Notes: generated by a model not told the origin, from the sequence alone. Positions 18,905 to 29,483 are shown, numbered from the stretch's first letter. The stretch is DNA of 64,000 nt from Clostridiales bacterium (GCA_036644995.1 JAVXOZ010000002.1:50128-114127), one strand, 5' to 3'. Made by a program: numbers and translations.

Positions 18905-19849
18905 CTATTGGATAATGCGAGTGCCGGATTCCCCTAAAATTGCTGCGGGAGCTTTTTCTAAAGAGGCAATTACCGCCACTCTGTTCTTGCCGCTTTTGGC
19001 AAAATCTATGGCGGCTTCTACCTTGGGTAGCATACTGCCAGGGGCAAAATGACCTTGGGCTATGTATGCTTCAGCCTCGGCTACGGTTATTTCTTTTAGC
19101 TCTTTTTCATCGGGTTTGCCAAAATTTATGGATACTCTGTCCACCGCTGTTAGTATAAAAAAGTATTCCGCATCCACCAAGGCTCCAAGCTTTGCTCCGG
19201 CAAAGTCTTTATCTATAACTGCGGCTACGCCTTGGTAGTGGTCTATGCTTTCTTTAATCACCGGTATGCCACCGCCGCCACAGGCTATAACCACAAATTC
19301 GTGGTCTAAAAGATTTAAAATGGAATCTTTTTCCACTATATTTTGGGGCTTGGGTGATGGTACCATGCGGCGATAGCCACGCCCTGCATCTTCCTTAAAT
19401 ACCATATGTGGGTATTTTTTCATTAAATCTTCGGCTTGGCTTTGGGTGTAATAAGCCCCAATGGGCTTTTGGGGGTTTTCAAAGGCAATGTCGTTTTTAT
19501 CCACTTCCACTTGGGTTACCACTGTGGCAACGTGCCAAGGCATATTTTGATTCCGCAGCTCCGCTAACAAGGCTTTTTGCAGGTGATAGCCTATGTAGCC
19601 TTGACTCATGGCGGCGCATTCCGCCAGTTCCATAGGTGGGATTTTTTCGGAATTTTCGCTGCCGTAATCAAAGGCATTTTTAATAACCCCAACTTGAGGG
19701 CCGTTGCCGTGGGTAAGTACTATTTCATAACCTTGGGCAATTAAGCCCACCAATGCCGGAGCGGCTATTTTTAATTTTTCCTGCTGTTCTTTGCCATCGT
19801 TGCCCAAGGCATTGCCACCTAAGGCAATTACAATTCTTGGTTCTTTCAT
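18905..19849 (-). CDS. arcC: Carbamate kinase
   Basis: MKEPRIVIALGGNALG... amino-acid-kinase fold. Start ATG 19849 with RBS TAAGGAGAAA; the track's longer ORF to 19957 extends into repeat copy C. Confidence 0.9.
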   Translation of the reverse strand: MKEPRIVIALGGNALGNDGKEQQEKLKIAAPALVGLIAQGYEIVLTHGNGPQVGVIKNAFDYGSENSEKIPPMELAECAAMSQGYIGYHLQKALLAELRNQNMPWHVATVVTQVEVDKNDIAFENPQKPIGAYYTQSQAEDLMKKYPHMVFKEDAGRGYRRMVPSPKPQNIVEKDSILNLLDHEFVVIACGGGGIPVIKESIDHYQGVAAVIDKDFAGAKLGALVDAEYFFILTAVDRVSINFGKPDEKELKEITVAEAEAYIAQGHFAPGSMLPKVEAAIDFAKSGKNRVAVIASLEKAPAAILGESGTRIIQ

Positions 19850-19916
19850 GTTTCTCCTTAATGGTCTGAAAATTTCCCTTAGAGCAATATCCTTCAGATT
19901 GATGAAAATTGCACTT

Positions 19917-20039
19917 AGGCTGTGGATAAAGTTTGCTATTGGGCAAAATCCCTTCATCGTGACTGCTTATGTACATCTAAGTACATAAGCAGACGCTGCT
20001 CGGGGAGTTTTACCGAATCTAAGGCTTTCTTATCAGCCT
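19917..20039 (+). repeat. Interspersed palindromic repeat, copy C (inside the agmatine deiminase operon)
   Basis: AGGCTGTGGATAAAGTTTGCTATTGGGCAAAATCCC...TGCTTATGTACATCTAAGTACATAAGCAG...GGGGAGTTTTACCGAATCTAAGGCTTTCTTATCAGCCT. Extension ...TTTTTGACAATCTG runs to 20075. Bracketed by the 20 bp direct repeat AGATTGATGAAAATTGCACT (19896-915 and 20076-095). Confidence 0.9.
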
Positions 20040-20133
20040 AATATCTTGGCAAAAAACTATGTTTTTGACAATCTGAGATTGATGAAAATTGCACTAACGG
20101 CTTTTAAATCTGTTGATAGTAATTGGTGTTATT

Positions 20134-21225
20134 TTATGGTCTGGGAATTTGCTGGGTAATGCAGTGGATATTGCCGCCGCCCAAGAGAATTTCTCTGGCA
20201 TATATCCCCACAATTTCACGGTTGGGGAAGCATTTTTTTAAGGTTTCTGCGGCTTTTTCGTCGTTGGGGTCTTTAAATTTGGGATAAATAACAGCATTGT
20301 TGCAAATGTAAAAATTTACATAAGATGCCGCTAAGCGATCTCCTTCAACTCTGGGGAGTGTGCCGTTTACTGCATCTACACCTTGACTTTCTTCTTCGGT
20401 GATGAGGATGGGTTTGGGTAGGAGCATTTTGTGCACGTTTAATTTTCTGCCTTTGGCATCGGTGGAATTTTCCAAAACCTTTAAGCAGTTGGCGGAAATT
20501 TCATATTGAGGGTCGTTTTTATCCTCTGTCCAAGCTAAAATAACTTCACCCGGAGCGGCATAGGAAAAAATATTGTCCACATGGCCATTGGTTTCATCAT
20601 TGTAGATGCCGTTTTTAAGCCAGATGATTTTTTCCAGTCCCAAGTATTCTTTAAGTGTGTTTTCAATTTCTTCTTTGGACATATGGGGATTTCTGCCTTG
20701 ACTTAAAAGGCATTCCTCCGTGGTAATTAAGGTGCCTTCACCGTCTGTGTGGATGCTGCCGCCTTCTAAAATAAATTCATCTAAAGGGTAGTAATTTAGC
20801 CGCTCCGCTTCGCAAACTTTTTGTGCCAAGGCATCATCTTTATCCCAAGGAAAATATAGTCCGTCCACTAAGCCGCCCCAAGCATTAAAACGCCAATCTA
20901 CACCACGGGTTTCTTTGCCGTTTACCACACAGGTAGGGCCGCAATCACGTACCCAAGCATCGTCATTGGCAATTTCTAAAACTCTGACGTTATAGGGGAG
21001 CATTCCACGGGCATTGGCATATTGATCGGAATTTACCGCCACTGTAACTTCTTCAAATTTGCTGATTGCCGTTGCTACCTCTGTGAATACTTTTTGGGCG
21101 GGTTTGCCACCTAAACGCCAGTTATCTGTGCGTTGGGGCCAGATGATATAAGTGCTTTGGTGGGGTTCAAATTCCCCGGGCATACGAAAACCGTCTGCTT
21201 TGGGGCTTGTTTCAAATGCTCTCAT
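20134..21225 (-). CDS. aguA: Agmatine deiminase
   Basis: 363 aa; porphyromonas-type peptidylarginine deiminase fold; WVRDCGP and a C-terminal [13 protein letters not shown] catalytic Cys motif. Confidence 0.9.
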   Translation of the reverse strand: MRAFETSPKADGFRMPGEFEPHQSTYIIWPQRTDNWRLGGKPAQKVFTEVATAISKFEEVTVAVNSDQYANARGMLPYNVRVLEIANDDAWVRDCGPTCVVNGKETRGVDWRFNAWGGLVDGLYFPWDKDDALAQKVCEAERLNYYPLDEFILEGGSIHTDGEGTLITTEECLLSQGRNPHMSKEEIENTLKEYLGLEKIIWLKNGIYNDETNGHVDNIFSYAAPGEVILAWTEDKNDPQYEISANCLKVLENSTDAKGRKLNVHKMLLPKPILITEEESQGVDAVNGTLPRVEGDRLAASYVNFYICNNAVIYPKFKDPNDEKAAETLKKCFPNREIVGIYAREILLGGGNIHCITQQIPRP

Positions 21226-22599
21226 TTATTTATCTCCTTTTTCAAGTTTTTTTACGCTTTGGGCGGCTATTATTTCACCGATGACAACAGCCAAAACCGT
21301 GCCTGCTAAAATCGGAATTTTTAAGCCCAGCTCCTCGGGGTCTAAGCTTAAGGGCACTGCACTTAAAACCGTGGCAATGATGAGTAAACCAAAGGGTACC
21401 CATGTCATTAAGGATAGCTTTACTTTGCCGCCGCTGATTTTAAAGGGTCTGTGGATATCCGGCTCGGTTTTGCGGAGCTTTAAAAATGCCGGGAAAATTA
21501 AAATATAGGAAATTAAAAGGGTAATCATATTTAAGGAAAAGAAGCTCCAAAATAAATCTTCACTGGGGATTAACGGCGCAGCTAAAACCATAACACTGGC
21601 TATTACCCCATTCATGATATTGGCACCCAAAGGCATTTTGTTCTTTTTATTTTCCGAGGCAAAAACCTTGGGCATACTTTTATCTTGGGCGGCATATTGT
21701 GCCACATAGTTTACACCCAAAGACCAAGAAATTGGGTTGGCAATAATGGTGTAAAGAAATACCAAACCAAAAAGCAGCAGTAAAATTCCTGAGGTTTGCC
21801 CTGTTAGCATCATAAAGCTTTCAATTAAGCCGTTGGATGTGGTTAAATTCTCCACAGGGATGGCTACGCTGATGCCAAATGCTGTTAATATATAAAAACC
21901 TGCAATGAGGCAACCGCCAATTATTATGGCTTTTGGTATGTCCTTGGCAGGGTTTTTCATATCACCTGCAAAGGTAGTTACCACCTCAAAGCCCATGAAA
22001 TTAAAGAGGATAACGGCGATGAATGAAAGGCTCATAATATCAAAGGATGGTAACATGGATTGTACGGTAAATTCATTGGCTACACCTTTGGTTAATGCCA
22101 CGTAGATACCTAATCCACCCAAAAGCAGCATAATACCTGCTTTGAAAAAAGCGGCGATGTTTAAAATCCATTTACTTTCGGAAACCGGGTAAAAGCTTAC
22201 ACCTACCACCAGCCAAATATATAGTAGCTGTATGGCTAAAATCCAAAATATGGGGATATCCCAACCGGTAATTTGCAGTAAAATATCGGTGAAGAGCACT
22301 GCCAAAGAACCCATCCACAGGGGAAAGTTAATATAATAATACCAAGCTACTCTGGAGCCCCATTTGTGACCAAAGGCTCTTTTTACCCAATCGTAAATTC
22401 CCCCTTCATCTTCATAGGTGGTGCCCAATTCTGCGGATATTAAGCCATAAGGCAGAAAAAAGCCGATGAGGAGCACCAGCCACCAGAAAAATTGAGCGTT
22501 GCCTATTACCGCAGCAGGAGCCGCACTCTCCACCACCAAAACAATGCAAACTGCGGCTAATACTGCATCAAATAGGCGAAATTCTTTCTTTTTGGACAT
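21226..22599 (-). CDS. aguD: APC-family amino acid permease, putative agmatine:putrescine antiporter
   Basis: 457 aa, 12-13 TM APC fold; sits between ptcA and aguA. Confidence 0.75.
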   Translation of the reverse strand: MSKKKEFRLFDAVLAAVCIVLVVESAAPAAVIGNAQFFWWLVLLIGFFLPYGLISAELGTTYEDEGGIYDWVKRAFGHKWGSRVAWYYYINFPLWMGSLAVLFTDILLQITGWDIPIFWILAIQLLYIWLVVGVSFYPVSESKWILNIAAFFKAGIMLLLGGLGIYVALTKGVANEFTVQSMLPSFDIMSLSFIAVILFNFMGFEVVTTFAGDMKNPAKDIPKAIIIGGCLIAGFYILTAFGISVAIPVENLTTSNGLIESFMMLTGQTSGILLLLFGLVFLYTIIANPISWSLGVNYVAQYAAQDKSMPKVFASENKKNKMPLGANIMNGVIASVMVLAAPLIPSEDLFWSFFSLNMITLLISYILIFPAFLKLRKTEPDIHRPFKISGGKVKLSLMTWVPFGLLIIATVLSAVPLSLDPEELGLKIPILAGTVLAVVIGEIIAAQSVKKLEKGDK

Positions 22600-22611
22600 T
22601 CAAAAGCCCCC

Positions 22612-23622
22612 TTAGAATATTTCTGCCAATAAGGCGTCAATTTTATGTTTTGCGGTGTGAATGGCATATTCCGCAGGGTTGGCAACGCCCAAAAGATATA
22701 CAAGAATTGCCCGCATTGCGGTTAAGCGGTTTTCTGCTTGGTCAAAGGCAATGGAATGGGCACCATCCAAGGCTTCATCTGTAATTTCTTCCCCACGGGA
22801 GGCAGGCAGGCAGTGGAGCAATTTTACTGTGGGTTTGGCTTTTTTCAGCATATCCTCGGTAACTTGGAATTTTGGCATGAAGATGTTTAAGCGTTCTTCC
22901 TTGGATAATTCCGCATTGTAAAGCCCATACCAAACATCGGTGTATATGAAATCTGCACCTTCCAGTGCGGTATCTGCATTATCCGAAAGGGTAAAAGACC
23001 CACCGGAAATTTTGCAGTTTTCTTTGGCAATTTCTTGAAATTCATTATTTAATTGGTGGGTATTAGGGCCAAACTGGGTGAAGTGCATACCCATTTTAGT
23101 GGTAATCATTGCGGTGGAAGCACAAACCTGGGTGGCATCACCCACAAATACTATTTTTAAATCGTTAAACCGTGCATTGGCAGGTTTGTGCTCAAAAATT
23201 GTGGTGATATCCCCAATTTCTTGGGTGGGATGGTTGTAATCGGACATGGCATTTATCACAGGGATGGTGGCGTGTTGTGCTAAACCTGCCACTGTTTTAT
23301 GCTGATCTACCCTTGCCATGATGATATCCACCAACCGAGAGAGGACACGGGCGGTATCCTCCATGGTTTCGTGGCCCCCTAATTGGATTTGCCCCGGTGC
23401 CAGATATTGGGCATGGCCCCCTAATTGAGTCATTGCTGTTTCAAAGGAAACCCTGGTGCGTGTGGAGCTTTGCTCAAAAACCATGCCCAAAGTTTTGTTT
23501 GCCAAAAGTGGCGGATAGTAACCATCTTTTATGGATTTTTTTAAACCTACACCTAAATGAATCATTTTTAAAATGTCCTGCTTGGTGTAATCTTTTGTGG
23601 TGACTAAATCTTTTTGTTTCAT
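22612..23622 (-). CDS. ptcA: Putrescine carbamoyltransferase (ornithine carbamoyltransferase family)
   Basis: STRTRVSFE carbamoyl-phosphate motif, HPTQ and HCLPA motifs. Start ATG 23622 (MKQKDL..., RBS GGAGG); the track ORF to 23727 is an upstream extension. Context with aguD-aguA-arcC favours PTC over OTC. Confidence 0.65.
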   Translation of the reverse strand: MKQKDLVTTKDYTKQDILKMIHLGVGLKKSIKDGYYPPLLANKTLGMVFEQSSTRTRVSFETAMTQLGGHAQYLAPGQIQLGGHETMEDTARVLSRLVDIIMARVDQHKTVAGLAQHATIPVINAMSDYNHPTQEIGDITTIFEHKPANARFNDLKIVFVGDATQVCASTAMITTKMGMHFTQFGPNTHQLNNEFQEIAKENCKISGGSFTLSDNADTALEGADFIYTDVWYGLYNAELSKEERLNIFMPKFQVTEDMLKKAKPTVKLLHCLPASRGEEITDEALDGAHSIAFDQAENRLTAMRAILVYLLGVANPAEYAIHTAKHKIDALLAEIF

Positions 23623-23865
23623 AATAACCTCCAATTTCTTTTGGTTAATATACCCATAGAATTGTGGTTTATGTAAAAGAGAAGTGGGACTTTTTGACAA
23701 AAAATTAAAGCAAGAAAGACTTGCCAAGAAAAGTACTTTATGCTAAACTGTGTTTTGTAATGAGGCATACATGAAGTGTGCTCGATATAGTTTATAAATC
23801 CTTTTGATAGATAAACTTTGGTACCTATCTCGGAAAAGTTAAATATTGTATAAATATGTGAAGTA

Positions 23866-23900
23866 TGGAGCTTCCTCTTTTTGAGGGAGCTCTTTTTTAT
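23866..23900 (+). terminator. Intrinsic-terminator-like hairpin + T-run within the 5' leader of the ABC importer operon (candidate attenuator)
   Basis: GGAGCTTCCTCTTTTTGAGGGAGCTC followed by TTTTTTATT, 30 nt upstream of the SBP ATG. No upstream plus-strand gene. Confidence 0.45.
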
Positions 23901-23929
23901 TAATTAATGTAAATTTAAGGAGAGAAAAA

Positions 23930-25543
23930 ATGAAAAAGAAACTGTTACTTGTATTATGTTGTGTATTTGCCTTGGTGGCATTTACAGCTTGCGGTGGTGG
24001 GGGTAAGGATGCTGATACTGCCAAAAATGATGGTTCTACTGTTACCGTGGCTATGGGGGTTAATTCCGAGCCTACGGCAGGGTTTGACACATCTGCCAAC
24101 TGGGGATGTGCAGAACATTGCCATGAGCCATTGATTCAAAGTACCTTGGTAAACACCGATAAAGACATGAATATTGTTAATGATTTGGCAACGGAATATG
24201 GGGTTAGTGACGATTTATTAACTTGGACATTTAAAATCCGTGATGATGTGAAATTCACCGATGGGGAAGCACTCACCGCCAAAGATGTTGCTTTTACCTT
24301 TAACACCATTAAAAATTCCAAAAATTCCGAATTGGACTTGGAAATGATGGATAAAGCCGTGGCAGTGGACAATACCACCGTGGAATTGCAATTAAACAAA
24401 CCTTTTAACGCTTTACTTTATTCCGTGGCTGTGGTTGGGATTATGCCTGAACACGCTTATGGTAAAGATTATGCGGAAAATCCCATCGGTTCAGGGAGAT
24501 ATATGCTGGAACAATGGGATAAAGGGCAACAGATTATTTTAAAAGCCAACCCGGATTATTATGGTGAAGCACCTAAAATGAAAAAAGTTATAGTGGTATT
24601 TATGGCAGAAGATGCAGCTTTGGCTGCGGCTAAAAAAGGTGAAGTTGATATTGCCTACACTGCCGCCACATACAGCGACCAAAAAATTGACGGCTATAAA
24701 TTAGAAGCAGTAAAATCCGTGGACAGCCGTGGTATTTCCTTACCCACAGAACCAGCAGGTGGCACTAAAACAGAGGATGATGTAACCTATAAGGTGGGTA
24801 ATAATGTAACCTCAGATTTGGCTATTCGTCAAGCTATGAACTATGCTGTGGACCGTGAAGCTATGATGCAGAATGTGCTCAATGGCTATGGTACTGTGGC
24901 TTACAGCGTATCCGATGGTATGCCTTGGTCATCCCCGGATATGAAAGTGGAAACTGATGTGGAAAAAGCAAAAACTATTTTAAAAGATGGCGGTTGGGTT
25001 GATGGCGATGGCGACGGCATTTTGGAAAAAGATGGTCAAAAAGCTGAATTTACCTTGTATTACAGTGCCGATGATTCTGTGCGCCAAGGTATTGCCGCTG
25101 AATTTGCCAATCAAATGAAAAATATAGGTATAAATATTACATATAAAGGTGCAAGCTGGGATGATCTTTACCCCCATCAATACAGTGATGCCGTGGTTTG
25201 GGGTTGGGGTGCCAACTCCCCTGCGGAAACCTATAATCTTTATTACAGCAAAGGCTGGGGCAACTTCCCCTGCTACAACAGCGAAACTGTGGATAAATAT
25301 TTGAACCAAGCACTATCCACCAAAAATATTGAAGATTCCTATGAATTATGGCAAAAAGCACAGTGGGACGGAAAATCCGGTGTTGCTCCCCAAGGTGCGG
25401 CTACCTGGGTTTGGTTTGGCAATGTGGATCACCTGTATTTTACCCGTGAAGGATTAAATATCGGGGAACAAAAATTACATCCCCATGGTCATGGTTGGTC
25501 TTTGGTTAACAATGTGGATACTTGGACTTGGGAAACCAAATAA
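23930..25543 (+). CDS. ABC transporter substrate-binding lipoprotein, family 5 (Opp/Dpp/Nik type)
   Basis: 537 aa; lipoprotein signal MKKKLLLVLCCVFALVAFTAC; SBP_bac_5 fold. Confidence 0.9.
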   Translation: MKKKLLLVLCCVFALVAFTACGGGGKDADTAKNDGSTVTVAMGVNSEPTAGFDTSANWGCAEHCHEPLIQSTLVNTDKDMNIVNDLATEYGVSDDLLTWTFKIRDDVKFTDGEALTAKDVAFTFNTIKNSKNSELDLEMMDKAVAVDNTTVELQLNKPFNALLYSVAVVGIMPEHAYGKDYAENPIGSGRYMLEQWDKGQQIILKANPDYYGEAPKMKKVIVVFMAEDAALAAAKKGEVDIAYTAATYSDQKIDGYKLEAVKSVDSRGISLPTEPAGGTKTEDDVTYKVGNNVTSDLAIRQAMNYAVDREAMMQNVLNGYGTVAYSVSDGMPWSSPDMKVETDVEKAKTILKDGGWVDGDGDGILEKDGQKAEFTLYYSADDSVRQGIAAEFANQMKNIGINITYKGASWDDLYPHQYSDAVVWGWGANSPAETYNLYYSKGWGNFPCYNSETVDKYLNQALSTKNIEDSYELWQKAQWDGKSGVAPQGAATWVWFGNVDHLYFTREGLNIGEQKLHPHGHGWSLVNNVDTWTWETK

Positions 25544-25820
25544 ATTAACCAAATATATTACAGTAATTTGTGATACAATGGCATAATTATTAAGTAGACA
25601 TCTGAATTTAATCAATCTATAATAAACTTAAACTATGTTAAATTATTTTGAAAAGACTTTGGGCTTTTGAAAAATATGATAATAGGTAAATTCGCCAATC
25701 CCACCTTGCTTATGCACAATAAAGCACACAGCAAGTTTTAGGGTTGGCGTGTTTCCCTGTTTTAGGCTTAAGCCAAAACGCACCACTTGTATGATTGCAT
25801 TTTGTAGGACGAGGTTATTT

Positions 25821-26819
25821 ATGAATACCAAATATATTTTGGGCTTTGTGGGCAAAAACGTAATAAAGGCGATAACACTTCTTTTAGGGGTAAGTATTGT
25901 TGCCTTTATTCTCGTTTCCTTATCACCCATAGACCCTGTGCAAATGAATGTTGGCTCCACAGCTTATAATAATATGAGTGGGGAAAAAAAAGCACAGTTG
26001 GAATCTTACTGGGGGGTTGATACACCACCTGTGGAACGCTATGTTAATTGGGCTACGGATTTTATCAAAGGGGATATGGGGATTTCCTTGCGGTATAATG
26101 CCCCTGTTTCCGAGGTTATAGGGCATAAATTTTTAAATTCTATATTGCTAATGTCCATTGCTTGGGTGCTCTCCGGGGTATTTGGGTTTTTGCTGGGTAT
26201 AATTTCCGGGGTTTACCGAGGGCGGCTGCCTGATAAAATAATCAAGGGCTATGCCCTAACCTTGGCAAGTACCCCCACATTTTGGTTTGCCCTTTTGATG
26301 CTTATGGTATTTTCGGTATTTTTGGGGTGGTTTCCCTTTGGGATGAGTGTGCCCATTGGGGTAAGTGCCGCAGATGTAACTATATTTGATGGTTTGCAGC
26401 ATTTAATTTTGCCTGCTATTACTTTAAGTATTGTGGGGGTTGCCAATATTACCCTGCATACCAGAGAAAAAATGATTGATATTATGGAAAGCGATTATTT
26501 CCTTTTTGCTGTGGCTCGTGGTGAAAAAAAATGGAGCATTATCAAAAACCATGGTTTACGGAATATTCTTTTACCGGCAATGACCTTGCAATTTGCCTCT
26601 ATCAGTGAAATTTTTGGTGGTTCGGTATTGGTGGAACAGGTTTTTTCCTATCCCGGATTGGGTCAAGCTGCTATTACCGCAGGTTTGGGCGGGGATGTTT
26701 CCCTGTTATTGGGCATTGCGGTGGTAAGTGCGGCAATGGTATTTACCGGTAATCTCATTGCCAATGTATTATACGGGGTTATTGACCCCAGAATCAGAAG
26801 GGGGCAATTAAATGGCTAA
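25821..26819 (+). CDS. ABC transporter permease (OppB/DppB/NikB-like)
   Basis: 6 TM with the EAA-loop region. Start ATG 25821 (MNTKYILGF...) rather than the track's 25749. Confidence 0.9.
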   Translation: MNTKYILGFVGKNVIKAITLLLGVSIVAFILVSLSPIDPVQMNVGSTAYNNMSGEKKAQLESYWGVDTPPVERYVNWATDFIKGDMGISLRYNAPVSEVIGHKFLNSILLMSIAWVLSGVFGFLLGIISGVYRGRLPDKIIKGYALTLASTPTFWFALLMLMVFSVFLGWFPFGMSVPIGVSAADVTIFDGLQHLILPAITLSIVGVANITLHTREKMIDIMESDYFLFAVARGEKKWSIIKNHGLRNILLPAMTLQFASISEIFGGSVLVEQVFSYPGLGQAAITAGLGGDVSLLLGIAVVSAAMVFTGNLIANVLYGVIDPRIRRGQLNG

Positions 26820-27687
26820 TTCAACATTTGTTCCCTCTGTTCCCATTTTGGCGGAGGCAAAAAGACCTCGATTTAATCAGCGTAAAAAAACCATATTTAT
26901 ATTTAGTTTTGCCGTGGCGTTTTTGGCGTTTATTACTGTGGCAGGTCTTTTATTGAAAGAAACCGCAATGTTTACGGACTTTGCCCAAAAGAATTTGGCA
27001 CCTACTTTTTCCCATATATTCGGCACAGATAGAATGGGCAGGGATATGCTTGCCAGAACCATAAAAGGTTTATCCACCAGTATACTCATTGGTTTATTGG
27101 CATCTTCTGTTAGTGCTGTTATAGCTGCTATTTTAGGTACTATGGCGGCTACCATGGGTAAAAAGGTTGATGGTGCAATTACTTGGTTTATAGATTTAAT
27201 GATGGGGATTCCCCATATTGTGCTTTTGGTTTTAATTTCCTATGCTATCGGTAAAGGTTTTTGGGGTGTTACCATCGGGGTGGCAATTACCCACTGGCCA
27301 AGTCTTGCCCGTGTTATCCGTGGTGAGATATTGCAAATTAAAGAATCACCTTATGTTAAGGTTGCGGCTCGCTTAGGGCAAAATCCCTTAAAAATTGCCA
27401 TAAAACATATGATTCCCCATATTTTCCCTCAATTTTTAGTGGGCTTGGTGCTGTTGTTTCCCCATGCGATTCTCCATGAAGCCTCGGTTACTTTTTTAGG
27501 CTTTGGTTTATCACCGGAGCAGCCTGCTATTGGGGTTATTTTATCCGAAAGTATGTCCTATCTTTCCACAGGTATGTGGTGGTTGGCATTTTTCCCGGGT
27601 TTGGCTTTGATTCTTACCGTGGTGCTATTTGATATGGCAGGTGGCAGCTTGCGTAAGCTTATAGACCCATATAGTGCACAGGATTAA
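26812..27687 (+). CDS. ABC transporter permease (OppC/DppC/NikC-like)
   Basis: 291 aa; BPD_transp_1 fold; start overlaps the upstream permease stop. Confidence 0.9.
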   Translation: MANSTFVPSVPILAEAKRPRFNQRKKTIFIFSFAVAFLAFITVAGLLLKETAMFTDFAQKNLAPTFSHIFGTDRMGRDMLARTIKGLSTSILIGLLASSVSAVIAAILGTMAATMGKKVDGAITWFIDLMMGIPHIVLLVLISYAIGKGFWGVTIGVAITHWPSLARVIRGEILQIKESPYVKVAARLGQNPLKIAIKHMIPHIFPQFLVGLVLLFPHAILHEASVTFLGFGLSPEQPAIGVILSESMSYLSTGMWWLAFFPGLALILTVVLFDMAGGSLRKLIDPYSAQD

Positions 27688-27703
27688 GGGGAGGTAGATA
27701 AAA

Positions 27704-28714
27704 ATGAGTTGTTTGGACAAAAGACACGTTTTAGAAATAGAAGATCTTTCCATCTCCTTTACTCAATATGAAAAAGGTTTAAAACAAATAGATTTACAGG
27801 TTATTTCCAATCTTAATGTATCGGTGCATGAAGGGGAAATAGTGGCGGTGGTGGGTGCCAGTGGCTCGGGAAAAAGCTTACTTGCCCATGCGGTGCTGGG
27901 ACTTTTACCACCCAATGCCAATGTACAGGGAAAAATATATTTTGATGATGAATTGATGAGTGCGGAGCGGATAAAAGAGCTGCGTGGTGAAAATATCGCT
28001 TTGGTACCCCAAAGTGTTAATTATCTGGACCCTTTAATGAAAGTTGGCAGACAAGTGCGGAAAAGCAGAAGGGATAAGCAGTTTGTAAATGCCCAACAAG
28101 ATTTATTTAAACGCTATGATTTGGATAAACGCACCGATGAGCTGTTTCCCTTTGAATTATCCGGTGGTATGGCTCGTAGGGTGCTTTTATCCTCTGCTTT
28201 GATGGAAAGCCCACAGCTTATTATTGCTGATGAACCAACCCCAGGTATGCACCTTTCTTTGGCTAAAAAAGCCATGGCGGATTTTCGCAAATTTGCCAAT
28301 GAAGGCAATGGGGTTTTGCTCATTACCCACGATATTGAATTGGCTTTTGAGGTGGCGGATCGCATTGCTGTTTTTTATGCAGGAACCACTGTGGAAGAAG
28401 CAAAAATAGAAGATTTTAAAAGCGAAGAAACCTTGCGACATCCCTACACCAAGGCTTTATGGCGAGCTTTGCCCCAAAATGGTTTTCAGGCATTGCCGGG
28501 AAATCAACCCTATGTGAAGGATATGCCACGGGGTTGCCCTTTTGCGCCCAGATGCAGTGAATTTACCCCGGAATGTGAAGGGGAGATACCCTTAAAAATT
28601 GTGCGTTGCGGTACTGTGCGTTGTATTCATGGTGACCCTGCCGAGGTTCATCAGCATCATCAGCATGGAGATAAATTCCACCATCATCATGGAGGGGAGT
28701 GTCATTCAGAATGA
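27704..28714 (+). CDS. ABC transporter ATP-binding protein (OppD/NikD-like) with His-rich C-terminal tail
   Basis: Walker A GASGSGKS, signature LSGGMARR, and the C-terminal tail HGDPAEVHQHHQHGDKFHHHHGGECHSE. Confidence 0.9.
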   Translation: MSCLDKRHVLEIEDLSISFTQYEKGLKQIDLQVISNLNVSVHEGEIVAVVGASGSGKSLLAHAVLGLLPPNANVQGKIYFDDELMSAERIKELRGENIALVPQSVNYLDPLMKVGRQVRKSRRDKQFVNAQQDLFKRYDLDKRTDELFPFELSGGMARRVLLSSALMESPQLIIADEPTPGMHLSLAKKAMADFRKFANEGNGVLLITHDIELAFEVADRIAVFYAGTTVEEAKIEDFKSEETLRHPYTKALWRALPQNGFQALPGNQPYVKDMPRGCPFAPRCSEFTPECEGEIPLKIVRCGTVRCIHGDPAEVHQHHQHGDKFHHHHGGECHSE

Positions 28715-29334
28715 TTTTAGAAGCTAAAAATATTACATATGGCTATAAAAAAAATCAAGAGCCGGTGATAAAAAACTTTAACCTTGTGGCAAAAAGTCAA
28801 GAGCGGGTAGGGATTTTAGCTCCCAGCGGCTTTGGGAAAACCACACTTTGCCAACTGTTATCGGGATATTTGTATCCCAACAGCGGTGAGGTGCTTTTAG
28901 ATGGTAAACCATTGCCCAAAAAAGGTTATTGCCCTGTACAAATGATATGGCAACATCCGGAAAGAGTGGTAAATCCCCGTATGCGTATGGGGGATACCTT
29001 GGAAGAAGGCTTTGAAATTTCATCACGGATAATTGAAGGCTTGGGTATTGAAAAAGATTGGTATAATCGCTATCCCGGGGAAATTAGCGGTGGGGAAATG
29101 CAGCGGTTTTGTATTGCCCGTGCCTTGGGTGAAAAAACAAAATTTATCTTAGCAGATGAAATAAGCACCATGCTGGATTTGATTACCCAAAGCCAAATTT
29201 GGAATTTTTTACTCCAAGAAGTTGAAGAACGAGGTATTGGACTTATTGCGGTAACCCACAGCGATTCCTTAATGAACAGAGTGGCAACGAGAATAGTTAA
29301 TTTAGACAGCAATATTGAACAAGATTTGATATAA
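28711..29334 (+). CDS. ABC transporter ATP-binding protein (OppF/NikE-like, short form)
   Basis: Walker A APSGFGKTT, signature ISGGEMQRF. ATG 28711 with RBS GGAGGGGAG preferred over the GTG at 28699. Confidence 0.85.
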   Translation: MILEAKNITYGYKKNQEPVIKNFNLVAKSQERVGILAPSGFGKTTLCQLLSGYLYPNSGEVLLDGKPLPKKGYCPVQMIWQHPERVVNPRMRMGDTLEEGFEISSRIIEGLGIEKDWYNRYPGEISGGEMQRFCIARALGEKTKFILADEISTMLDLITQSQIWNFLLQEVEERGIGLIAVTHSDSLMNRVATRIVNLDSNIEQDLI

Positions 29335-29483
29335 AACCTCGGATTGTAAAAGATATGATGTGAAATTGTGTGGCAAAAAAATCCCTGAGGTTAAAATTGC
29401 TTATTATTGACTTTTTCGGGGAAAATTGATTTTATCCATAGTATTTACAGCTATTTACAGTATGTGCGAGGCTTTTTTGATAA

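Noticed and set aside
23623-23760. Candidate promoter for ptcA on the minus strand
   Set aside because: Several weak -35/-10 combinations are possible (e.g. TTTACA ... GTATAT), but none has convincing spacing. Left uncalled.
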